From positions 21,418 through 45,417 of the forward strand of contig VGTK01000010.1 in assembly GCA_016874715.1 (NCBI GenBank): a DNA stretch of 24,000 nt. Reading direction: 5' to 3'. Shown piece after piece: positions 7,623 through 16,790 of this stretch (its first letter is position 1; each line of letters opens with the position of its first letter). This stretch comes from Deltaproteobacteria bacterium (GTDB lineage: Bacteria > Desulfobacterota > Binatia > UBA12015). The translations under genes and the position numbers were made by a program. The notes under the pieces are model-generated. The model did not search any database. It was not told the origin of the DNA and saw only the letters and a program-made list of their open reading frames with translations.

Positions 7623-9035
7623 TCAGCGCTCGCGGAGGCTGGCTGCGAGGCGCGCCACCACCCCGCCGAAGGCACCGTTCGACAGCGCCACCACCACGTC
7701 ACCCGGCTCGGCCTCACGCTCGACCAGGTCCGCGACCGCCTCGTGCGTGTCGAGCGCGCACGCGGTCGCCGCCGTGCGCCCGGCGTCGCGCGCCGCTTCG
7801 TCGGGCGAGAAGCGCTCCGCCTCCGCGAGCTTGCCCTGCTCGTGCACCGGACCCACGATCACGCGGTCCGCCGCGCCGAGGGCCTCGCCGATCTCGCGCT
7901 GGAACGTGCGCCGTCGGCTCGTGTTCGAGCGCGGGTCGAACATCGCCCACACGCGGCGTCCGGGGTAACGACTCCGCACGGCAGCGATCGTCGCGGCGAT
8001 GGCGGTCGGGTGGTGCGCGAAGTCGTCGATCAGCGTGACCGGCTCCGCAACCAGCACCTGCTGGCGCCGCCGCACGCCGTGGAAGCCGGCGGCGGCGCGC
8101 CGGATCGCGTCTGCCTCGACGCCGAGCGCGCGGCAGATCGCCGTCACGCCGAGCACGTTGCGCGCGTTCATCGTCCCGAGGAGCGGCGTGGCGAGCGCGA
8201 TCTCCTCGCGCGGACCCGCGGCGACGAAGCGCAGCCCGTCCGGCGTGTCCTCGAGCCCGCGCACCGACCAGTCGGCGCCGCGTGCCGGGTCGTCGCTGAA
8301 GGTGAGGAACGGCTTGCCCGCACGCTTCGCGACGTCGACGGCGTGCGGGAAGTCGGCGCAGACGAGCAGCGGTGCGCCGGCGGGCAGCAGGCCGATCAGG
8401 CGCTCGAAGCTCTGCTTGACGTGGTCGAGATCGCGGTAGATGTCGGCGTGGTCGAACTCGACCGCGTTGAGTAGCAGGGCCTGCGGGCAGTAGTGGAAGA
8501 ACTTCGCCTCCTTGTCGAAGTACGCCGAGTCGTACTCGTCGCCCTCGAGCACGAACTCGCGGCCGGCACCGAGCGCGTAGCTCCGTGGCAGGTCGAGCGG
8601 CATGCCGCCGATGAACCAGCCCGGATCGCGGCCCGCCTCGCGCAGGACCGTCGCGCAGAAGGTCGCGGTCGTCGTCTTGCCGTGCGTCCCCGCGACGACG
8701 ACCGGAAGCCGCTCCGGCAGGCACAGCCACTCGAGCGCCTCGGGCAGCGAGATCGTCGGGATGCCCAGAAGACGCGCCGCGATCGCCTCGGGGTTCTTCG
8801 CCGGGATCGCGTTGCCCATCACGACGAGGTCGGGGCGCGGCTCGAGGTTCTCGGCGCGATAGCCCTTCGCGACCGGAACGCCGAGGCGCGCGAGCTCGTC
8901 GCTCGCCGGTGGATAGATCTCGAGGTCCGAGCCGCGCACGCGATGGCCCAGCTCGGCGAGCAGGCCCGCGAGCGCCGCCATGCCGACGCCGCCGATGGCG
9001 GTCATGTGGATCGAGCGCTGTGCCGCGATCTTCAA
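7623..9035 (-). CDS. mpl: UDP-N-acetylmuramate:L-alanyl-gamma-D-glutamyl-meso-diaminopimelate ligase (murein peptide ligase)
   Basis: Lies in ORF 7623..9296. SIHMTAIGGVGMAALAG aligns with E. coli Mpl RIHILGICGTFMGGLA. Other motifs: VVAGTHGKTTT, LEGDEYDSAYFDKEAKFFHY, DDFAHHPTAI. The start is TTG 9035, overlapping the upstream TGA. ATG 9005 would delete the first conserved strand. Confidence 0.88.
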   Translation of the reverse strand: MKIAAQRSIHMTAIGGVGMAALAGLLAELGHRVRGSDLEIYPPASDELARLGVPVAKGYRAENLEPRPDLVVMGNAIPAKNPEAIAARLLGIPTISLPEALEWLCLPERLPVVVAGTHGKTTTATFCATVLREAGRDPGWFIGGMPLDLPRSYALGAGREFVLEGDEYDSAYFDKEAKFFHYCPQALLLNAVEFDHADIYRDLDHVKQSFERLIGLLPAGAPLLVCADFPHAVDVAKRAGKPFLTFSDDPARGADWSVRGLEDTPDGLRFVAAGPREEIALATPLLGTMNARNVLGVTAICRALGVEADAIRRAAAGFHGVRRRQQVLVAEPVTLIDDFAHHPTAIAATIAAVRSRYPGRRVWAMFDPRSNTSRRRTFQREIGEALGAADRVIVGPVHEQGKLAEAERFSPDEAARDAGRTAATACALDTHEAVADLVEREAEPGDVVVALSNGAFGGVVARLAASLRER

Positions 9036-10213
9036 CGAACGGTCTCCATGACGAGATCGTGGATCCGGGGCCGGAACTCGACGAGCTTGTCGTTGTCGCG
9101 AGTCGGGTGCACGCGGTTGGTGAGCAGGATGACGTCGATGCCGCGCTCGAGGTCGAGCCACAGCGACACCCCGGTGAAGCCGAGGTGCCCGACGGTGTGC
9201 GGCGACATCATCGTCCCGGCCATCGAGCGCTGCGGCGACGGCGAGTCCCAGCCGAGCGTGCGCGTCGATCCCGGAACGCTGGTGTCGCGCGTCCACATCT
9301 GGTCGACGAGATCCTTCGGAAGGATCCCCGGAGCGCCGCCCGCGATCGCCCTGAGGTGGTTCGCGATGGTCTCGACGTCACGGGCGGTGCCGAAGAGCCC
9401 GGCGTGTCCCGCGACGCCGCCCATCGCGTATGCGTTCTCGTCATCGACCTCGCCGCACAGGACGCGCTTGCGCCAGGGGCAGCGCTGCGTCGGCGCGATC
9501 ATGTCGCGGATCGGCTCGACGCGCTTCTGCCGGAGCTGCGAGAGGTCGACGAACGCCGTCGACGACAGCCCCAGCGGCGCGAAGATGCGGGCGTGGCAGA
9601 AGCGGTCGAGCGTCTGCCCCGACACGCCCTCGACGACCTGACCGAGCACCATGAAGCCGAGATCGCTGTAGGCGACGCGCGTACCGGGCGGCGCCTCGAG
9701 CTTCTCGCGATGCACCTGCTCGTAGACCCACTCCTTCGCCTCGCGGCTCGCGACGAAGTTCGGCCGGCCGCGCTTCTCGAGCGCGGCGACCTCCTTGAAG
9801 TACGGTCGGTGCGCGGCGAGCCCCGAGGAGTGCGTCAGCAGGTGGCGGAACGTGACGTGCGTCTTCCCGTGCACGCCGAAGTTGTGGAAGAAGCGCGTCA
9901 CGCGGTCGTCGAGGGCGAGCCGCTTCGCGCGCACCAGCATCATCACCGCGAGCGTCGTGGCGAGTGGCTTGGTGAGGGACGAGAGATCGAACACGACCTC
10001 GGGCCGCATCGGCATGCGCTCGGCCTCGCTCGACGTCGGTGTCGGGTCCGCGGACCTCGCGGGAGGAGCCGGCGGCCGCGCTTCGTTCGACCGGCTGCCC
10101 ACCGCGCGCTCGAGCAGCGTCTCGCCGTTGCGGCTCACGAGAAGGACGGCACCGGGAAAGACGCCGCGCTGCGCGGCTTCCTCGAGCGCGCGCTCGACTG
10201 CCGAGAAGTCCAT
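9032..10213 (-). CDS. Beta-lactamase-fold serine hydrolase (S12 / class C-related), no signal peptide
   Basis: ATG 10213 sits 1 nt after the ldcA stop. Motifs: SxxK as FDLSSLTKPLATT, a YxN-like AYSDLGF, and an HxG box GHLGFTG. The N-terminus MDFSAVERALEEAAQRG is hydrophilic, with no leader peptide. There is a Pro/Ala-rich insert before SxxK. Confidence 0.8.
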   Translation of the reverse strand: MDFSAVERALEEAAQRGVFPGAVLLVSRNGETLLERAVGSRSNEARPPAPPARSADPTPTSSEAERMPMRPEVVFDLSSLTKPLATTLAVMMLVRAKRLALDDRVTRFFHNFGVHGKTHVTFRHLLTHSSGLAAHRPYFKEVAALEKRGRPNFVASREAKEWVYEQVHREKLEAPPGTRVAYSDLGFMVLGQVVEGVSGQTLDRFCHARIFAPLGLSSTAFVDLSQLRQKRVEPIRDMIAPTQRCPWRKRVLCGEVDDENAYAMGGVAGHAGLFGTARDVETIANHLRAIAGGAPGILPKDLVDQMWTRDTSVPGSTRTLGWDSPSPQRSMAGTMMSPHTVGHLGFTGVSLWLDLERGIDVILLTNRVHPTRDNDKLVEFRPRIHDLVMETVR

Positions 10214-10214
10214 C

Positions 10215-11150
10215 TCAGGCCACCAGCGGCTCGAGGCCTTGCAGCACGCCCCCTTCGACGCCGGCGGAGCCACCGGCTTCGATGCGCAGACGCGCCGCGA
10301 CACCGAGCGGCACCGCGTAGTGCACCGGTCCGTGGCCGACCGGGGCGCCGAAGCCGATCGGCACGCCGAGCCCGCCGAGGCAGTCGGCGATCGCGTCGCA
10401 GAGATCGTCGGCCGGGCCGCAGTCGGGCAGCGAGCCGAAGAGGATGCCGCGCACGTCGTCGAGCACCCGCGACTGCCGGAGCTGCACCAGCATGCGGTCG
10501 ATCCGCCGCAGCGGCCTCTCGGCGACGTCCTCGAGCAGCGCGATGCCGCCGGCGAAGCGCGGCTCGAGCGGCGTACCGGCGAGCGACGCGAGCACCGTGA
10601 GACAGCCGCCGTAGACCGGCCCCTCGGCCGTGCCGGCGACGATCGTGCGCGGGACGGGTACGCGCCACGCCGCCGAGCCGCCGAGAATCTCGAGGAGATG
10701 GTCGACCGTTCCGGCATCGCGCTGGGCGACGAGGTCCATCGCGACCATGGGGCCGTGCAGGGCCGCGACCCGCGCGTGCTGCACCATCAGCTGCAGAAGC
10801 GCCGTCGCGTCGCTGAAGCCGATGCACAGCTTCGCGTGCCGGCGGAGCCACGCCGGCTCGATCTCCGGCAGGAAGCGCGCAATGCCGTAGCCGCCGCGGG
10901 CGCACCAGACGGCCCGCACCTCCGGATCGGCGAACGCAGCGAGGAGCTGTGCGCGGCGCTGGTCGTCGCGCGCCGCGAAGATGCGCCACGACGCGGCAGG
11001 CTCGGGCAGGGACACGCGGAAGCCCAGCTCTTCGAGCAGCGCCGCGCCACGGGCGAGGCGGTCGGCATCGACGGGCCCCGACGGTGTGACGACGGCCACC
11101 CGGTCGCCCGGGCGCAACGCCGCCGGCCTGATCAGCCTCGCTGCATCCAT
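10215..11150 (-). CDS. ldcA: LD-carboxypeptidase (muramoyltetrapeptide carboxypeptidase, peptidase S66)
   Basis: 311-aa ORF. Motifs: DRVAVVTPSGP, ARGGYG, the nucleophile motif IGFSDATAL, LLEDVAE and GAPVGHG (Ser-Glu-His triad arrangement). Confidence 0.87.
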   Translation of the reverse strand: MDAARLIRPAALRPGDRVAVVTPSGPVDADRLARGAALLEELGFRVSLPEPAASWRIFAARDDQRRAQLLAAFADPEVRAVWCARGGYGIARFLPEIEPAWLRRHAKLCIGFSDATALLQLMVQHARVAALHGPMVAMDLVAQRDAGTVDHLLEILGGSAAWRVPVPRTIVAGTAEGPVYGGCLTVLASLAGTPLEPRFAGGIALLEDVAERPLRRIDRMLVQLRQSRVLDDVRGILFGSLPDCGPADDLCDAIADCLGGLGVPIGFGAPVGHGPVHYAVPLGVAARLRIEAGGSAGVEGGVLQGLEPLVA

Positions 11151-11320
11151 GCCCCGTCTACCCCACCGCTCGAAGGTCGCGCTGCAGCGCTAGACAACAC
11201 ACCGACGTTGCGTAGTCGAGGCCGCCGGCCCGAGCGGTTGAAATGCCGCCGCTGCGTGGTAGTCCGAGCGCGGGCGTCGTGCGTCGCGATCGGTGACCGC
11301 CCGCGTCCCGCCCCGTTTCC

Positions 11321-11608
11321 GTGCGGATGTCATCACAGCAGCTGTCGAGCCTCGGGCGAACGATCGTCGACGCGCTCGTGCGTGCAGACCTGGTCACCCT
11401 CGCGGGACCGGCCGACACCGCGGCAAAGGCGATCGCGGACGAGGTCGACGCCTACCAGAAGGCGGCGGCGAAGCTCGGGGCCGACGCCGAGCGCCTGGCC
11501 GACGACCACCTGCGCCAGCTGCGCGCCGGCAGCGCCGGCATCGACCGCCACCGGGTCGTCCAGATGATCCGTACCAAGCTCGCTGAGGAGCGGGGCCTCC
11601 CCGTCTGA
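11321..11608 (+). CDS. Small helical protein, DUF507-like (first of a tandem paralog pair)
   Basis: 95-aa ORF. The start is GTG 11321 or, perhaps more likely, ATG 11327 (MSSQQLSSLGRTIVDAL). It shares N-terminal (LSS.L....I.AL) and C-terminal (GSAxxxxxxVxxxxxxxxAxxR) patterns with the next ORF. The DUF507 assignment is from memory, not a search. Confidence 0.6.
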   Translation: MRMSSQQLSSLGRTIVDALVRADLVTLAGPADTAAKAIADEVDAYQKAAAKLGADAERLADDHLRQLRAGSAGIDRHRVVQMIRTKLAEERGLPV

Positions 11609-11610
11609 CC

Positions 11611-11880
11611 ATGCGCCTCAGCGAGTCCCTTTCGTCCTACCTCGCCCACCGGGCGATCGAAGCGCTCCGCAAGTCGGGAGCTGCGATCCGCAACGACCGC
11701 CTGGCCCTGGCCGAAGTCAAGAAGGCCCTGGCCCGGGCGCTCGACCGCGACCCGCGAATCGACGAGGCCGTCGCACGGCGCATCGCGTCGTTGAGTCGAC
11801 CGGTCCCCGTCGGCAGCGCGGAGTACGAGGTCCTTCACCGCCAGTACTACGAGCAGGAGATCGCCAAGAACCGTCGTTGA
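11611..11880 (+). CDS. Small helical protein, DUF507-like (second paralog)
   Basis: 89-aa ORF beginning 2 nt after the previous stop. MRLSESLSSYLAHRAIEALRK...GSAEYEVLHRQYYEQEIAKNRR is paralogous in pattern to 11321..11608. Confidence 0.6.
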   Translation: MRLSESLSSYLAHRAIEALRKSGAAIRNDRLALAEVKKALARALDRDPRIDEAVARRIASLSRPVPVGSAEYEVLHRQYYEQEIAKNRR

Positions 11881-11899
11881 AGAAGCGCCGGTCGGTCTC

Positions 11900-11927
11900 T
11901 TGACACTGATTCGGTCGTGGTTACTTC
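11900..11927 (+). promoter_or_regulatory. Candidate promoter for groES-groEL (-35 TTGACA, weak -10)
   Basis: A perfect TTGACA sits at 11900-11905. The best -10 at 16-nt spacing is only TACTTC (11922-11927). This would give a leader of about 100 nt. No CIRCE or sigma-32 -10 (CCCCAT) was found. Confidence 0.2.
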
Positions 11928-12033
11928 CGCTGCCGTCTTGGTAGGGTCCGCGCGACCCGCCCGGGGCGAGCCTCGACCACTACCGAGCAAGATCTGATTC
12001 CTCGCGAATCACGTTGAAAGGAGAGGGAACTAG

Positions 12034-12321
12034 ATGAAGATCCGACCGTTGCAGGACCGCGTCATCGTCAAGCGGGTCGCGGAGGAGGAGAAGTCGAAGG
12101 GCGGCATCATCATCCCCGACACGGCGAAGGAAAAGCCGCAAGAGGGGAAGGTCATCGCAGCCGGCAAGGGCAAGGTCGGGGACGACGGCAAGATTCGCCC
12201 GCTCGACGTCAAGGCCGGCGACCGCATCCTCTTCGGCAAGTACTCCGGAACCGAGATCAAGATCGACGGCGAGGAGCACCTGATCCTGCGCGAGGACGAC
12301 ATCCTCGGCGTCCTCGAGTGA
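12034..12321 (+). CDS. groES: Co-chaperonin GroES
   Basis: [44 protein letters not shown]...[39 protein letters not shown] lies upstream. Confidence 0.98.
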   Translation: MKIRPLQDRVIVKRVAEEEKSKGGIIIPDTAKEKPQEGKVIAAGKGKVGDDGKIRPLDVKAGDRILFGKYSGTEIKIDGEEHLILREDDILGVLE

Positions 12322-12368
12322 CGTCGGACCGATACCGTCTCCCGACAGCGCGTCATCAGATTAAATAG

Positions 12369-14045
<1,677 letters not shown>

Positions 14046-14068
14046 GCCGTCCCGCCCCGACGGGCTGG

Positions 14069-14104
14069 AGAGGGCGTGGGGAAACCCACGCCCTCTTTCC
14101 GTTT
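14069..14104 (+). terminator. Rho-independent terminator after groEL
   Basis: Perfect 12-bp stem agagggcgtggg / cccacgccctct (14069-14080 / 14085-14096) with a GAAA loop, followed by ttccgttt. Confidence 0.8.
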
Positions 14105-14134
14105 GCAGATCCGGCGCGTTCGCAGGTCCGGCGA

Positions 14135-14163
14135 TTGACTTCCGATCGGGTGCTTACTAGGGT
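14135..14163 (+). promoter_or_regulatory. Candidate sigma-70-type promoter for ffh
   Basis: TTGACT (14135-14140), a 17-nt spacer, then TAGGGT (14158-14163, TAnnnT pattern). It lies about 70 nt upstream of the ffh ATG and just downstream of the groEL terminator. Confidence 0.3.
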
Positions 14164-14232
14164 CAGGCCACCCCGCAATCCTGATCCCACGGTACTTTTC
14201 CGCGACCTGCCCGGGCTCCTCGCGGTCATTCC

Positions 14233-15579
14233 ATGTTCGACTCACTATCCGACAAGCTCGAAGGCGTCTTCCGGCGGATCCGTGGAACCGGGAAGCTGAC
14301 CGAGGCCAACATCGAGGAGGCGATGCGCGACGTGCGCCTGGCGCTGCTCGAGGCCGATGTCCACTTCCAGGTCACCAAGTCCTTCATCGAGAAGGTTCGC
14401 GAGCGCGCGCTCGGACAGGAGGTCCTGCGCAGCCTCTCGCCCGAGCAGCACCTCATCAAGATCGTCCACCAGGAGCTCGTGGGCGTCATGGGCGGCGCGG
14501 CCGGCAAGCTCGACCTCTCGGGCGACGTGCCGGCGGTGGTCATGCTCGTCGGGCTCCAGGGCTCCGGCAAGACGACCACGGCGGCGAAGCTCGCGAAGCA
14601 CCTGATCGAGGCGCGAAAGCGCAGGCCGTACCTGGTCCCGCTCGACCTCTCCCGTCCGGCCGCGATCCAGCAGCTGAAGACGCTGGCGAGCCAGGTCGGA
14701 AGCGGCTGCGCCGTGCACGATACGCCCGAGCAGGGCGGCGACCCGGTGCGGATCGCGCGCGACGCGATCACGAAGGCGCGCAACGCGGGCTTCGAGACCG
14801 TGATCCTCGACACCGCCGGCCGGCTCGCGATCGACGAGCGTCTGATGGGCGAGCTGCGCGCCGTCCGCGACGCAGTCAAGCCGCGCCAGACGATCTTCGT
14901 CGCCGACGCGATGACCGGTCAGGACGCGGTCGCGGTCGCGTCCGGGTTCCGCGACGGCGTCGGCATCGATGGCGTCGTGCTGTCCAAGATGGAGGGCGAC
15001 GCCCGCGGCGGCGCTGCCCTGTCGATCTTTGCCACGGTGCAGAAGCCGCTGCTCTTCGTGGGTGTCGGCGAGAAGCTCGACGCGCTCGAGATCTTCCACC
15101 CGGACCGGGTCGCTTCGCGAATCCTCGGCATGGGCGACATGCTGTCGCTCATCGAGAAGGCCCAGTCGGCCTACGACCAGAAGCAGGCCGAGCAGCTCCA
15201 GGCGAAGCTCAAGAAGGATACGTTCACACTCGAGGACTTCCGCGACCAGCTGCGCACGGTCAAGAAGATGGGGTCGGTCGCCGACCTGATCGGCATGATC
15301 CCGGGCATGAAGCGCTTCGCCGGCGGCAACGAGCTGGCGGGCGCCGACGACGAGCTCAAGCGCATCGAGGCGATCATCAACTCGATGACCAGGCAGGAGC
15401 GCCGCGATCACCTGATCCTCAACGGCAGCCGCCGCAAGCGCATCGCCATCGGCAGCGGGACCAGCGTCGCCGAGGTGAACAAGTTCCTCAAGCAGTACCA
15501 GCAGGCGAAGAAGATGATGAAGTCCTTGAGTCGGGGCGCCGGCAAGGGGCTTCTTGCCCAGCTGCAGGGCGGGCGTTAA
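14233..15579 (+). CDS. ffh: Signal recognition particle protein Ffh
   Basis: 448 aa. Motifs: MFDSLSDKLEGVFRRIRG, LVGLQGSGKTTT, ILDTAGRL, DGVVLSKMEGDARGGAALS, and a Met-rich M domain (MGDMLSLIEKA...GMIPGM). Confidence 0.98.
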   Translation: MFDSLSDKLEGVFRRIRGTGKLTEANIEEAMRDVRLALLEADVHFQVTKSFIEKVRERALGQEVLRSLSPEQHLIKIVHQELVGVMGGAAGKLDLSGDVPAVVMLVGLQGSGKTTTAAKLAKHLIEARKRRPYLVPLDLSRPAAIQQLKTLASQVGSGCAVHDTPEQGGDPVRIARDAITKARNAGFETVILDTAGRLAIDERLMGELRAVRDAVKPRQTIFVADAMTGQDAVAVASGFRDGVGIDGVVLSKMEGDARGGAALSIFATVQKPLLFVGVGEKLDALEIFHPDRVASRILGMGDMLSLIEKAQSAYDQKQAEQLQAKLKKDTFTLEDFRDQLRTVKKMGSVADLIGMIPGMKRFAGGNELAGADDELKRIEAIINSMTRQERRDHLILNGSRRKRIAIGSGTSVAEVNKFLKQYQQAKKMMKSLSRGAGKGLLAQLQGGR

Positions 15580-15693
15580 CAACAGCGGTTGCGGGCCGGA
15601 GGCCCGGGTCCTCCTGGTACCCGCTGCGGTGCCGGGCCCGAGTTCGGGTTCGGGCGAGCCACGATCGACCTACGAGGACGCAAGGAGAAGCTG

Positions 15694-15969
15694 ATGGCAA
15701 CGAGAATCCGCCTGACCCGGCACGGGAGCAAGAAGCACCCGTTCTATCGCGTGGTTGCGGCCACGACCGAGGCGCCCCGCGATGGCCGCTTCATCGAGCA
15801 GCTGGGGCACTACGACCCGACGCGCGAGCCGGCGATCATCAACCTGAAGCTCGACAAGATCGAGACCTGGGTGCGCCACGGTGCGCTGCCGACCCCGACC
15901 GTCGCCCGCCTCATGAAGAAGGCGGGCTGGAAGGGCCACAGCCCGTCAGCCAAGGCCTCCGAGAGCTGA
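15694..15969 (+). CDS. rpsP: 30S ribosomal protein S16
   Basis: The internal ATG 15694 of ORF 15589..15969 is preceded by AAGGAGA. MATRIRLTRHGSKKHPFYRVVAATTEAPRDGRFIEQLGHYDP. Confidence 0.96.
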   Translation: MATRIRLTRHGSKKHPFYRVVAATTEAPRDGRFIEQLGHYDPTREPAIINLKLDKIETWVRHGALPTPTVARLMKKAGWKGHSPSAKASES

Positions 15970-15971
15970 CC

Positions 15972-16208
15972 ATGAGAGAGCTGGTCGAGATGCTGGCGAA
16001 ACACCTCGTCAACCACCCGGACAAGGTCGAAGTGAAGGAGACGATCGGCGACACGGCCTCCGTCATCGAGCTCCGGGTGGCAGTCGAGGATCTCGGCAGG
16101 ATCATCGGCAAGCAGGGCCGGACGGCCAAGTCGATCCGCGCCCTGGTCAACGCAGCGGCCTCGCGCCTGAACCGCAAGGTCGTCCTCGAGATCATCGAAG
16201 ACAAGTAA
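15972..16208 (+). CDS. KH domain-containing RNA-binding protein (YlqC/UPF0109 type)
   Basis: 78 aa, with LVNHPDKVEVKE...VEDLGRIIGKQGRTAKSIRALV (GxxG KH loop). The position between rpsP and rimM is conserved. Confidence 0.9.
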   Translation: MRELVEMLAKHLVNHPDKVEVKETIGDTASVIELRVAVEDLGRIIGKQGRTAKSIRALVNAAASRLNRKVVLEIIEDK

Positions 16209-16291
16209 GCGTCACGCAGATTTCCACGACCGCCCCCCCTCCTGGAGCCGCCTCCAGCCTCCCCGTCGGGAAGCTCGTAGCCGGTCACGGC

Positions 16292-16780
16292 GTGCGCGGC
16301 CTGGCGCGGGTGAAGCCGTTCAACCCGGCCTCGCCCACGCTGACGACCTGCAAGCAGGTCTGGCTCGTCCACGAGCGCTCGGGCAGGCGTACGTCGTTCC
16401 GCATCCGCGAGAACCGGCGCCACAAGGGGCACTTCCTGCTCGGGTTCGAAGGCATCGACTCGCTGACCGCCCTCGAGCCCTGGATCGGCAGCTTCGTCGA
16501 GGCGGACACCGATCTGGTCCCCACCGCGGGAGCAGGCGAGGTCTACCACTTCGAGGTCGTCGGCCTCGAGGTCCGGACCGTCGCGGGCGAGAACCTGGGG
16601 ACCGTGACCGAGGTCATGGCGCTGCCCGCCCAGGACGTCTGGGTGATCCACAGCCGGGGCCACGCGGACGGAAAGCCGCGCGAGATCCTGCTGCCCGCGG
16701 TCGAACCGGTGGTGTGCGAGATCGATCTCGCCGCCCGGGTCGCGATCGTCGACCCACCGCCAGGACTCATCGACCCCTGA
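16292..16780 (+). CDS. rimM: Ribosome maturation factor RimM (the true start probably lies upstream of 16292)
   Basis: Contains GHFLLGFEGIDSLTALEPW, YHFEVVGLEV and LLPAVEPVVCEIDL (PRC barrel). The in-frame sequence immediately upstream reads VGKLVAGHGV before RGLARVKPF, which is the conserved RimM N-terminal motif. No ATG, GTG, TTG or CTG exists in frame between the frame's upstream stop (15914-15916) and 16292. ATT at 16220 is the only near-cognate candidate. Confidence 0.85.
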   Translation: MRGLARVKPFNPASPTLTTCKQVWLVHERSGRRTSFRIRENRRHKGHFLLGFEGIDSLTALEPWIGSFVEADTDLVPTAGAGEVYHFEVVGLEVRTVAGENLGTVTEVMALPAQDVWVIHSRGHADGKPREILLPAVEPVVCEIDLAARVAIVDPPPGLIDP

Positions 16781-16790
16781 CGCCCGGGCC

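Noticed and set aside
11881-12033. Searched for a CIRCE/HrcA operator and a sigma-32 promoter upstream of groES.
   Set aside because: - There is no TTAGCACTC / GAGTGCTAA half-site and no CCCCAT -10.
- Only a TTGACA hexamer and a different imperfect inverted repeat are present (reported separately at low weight).
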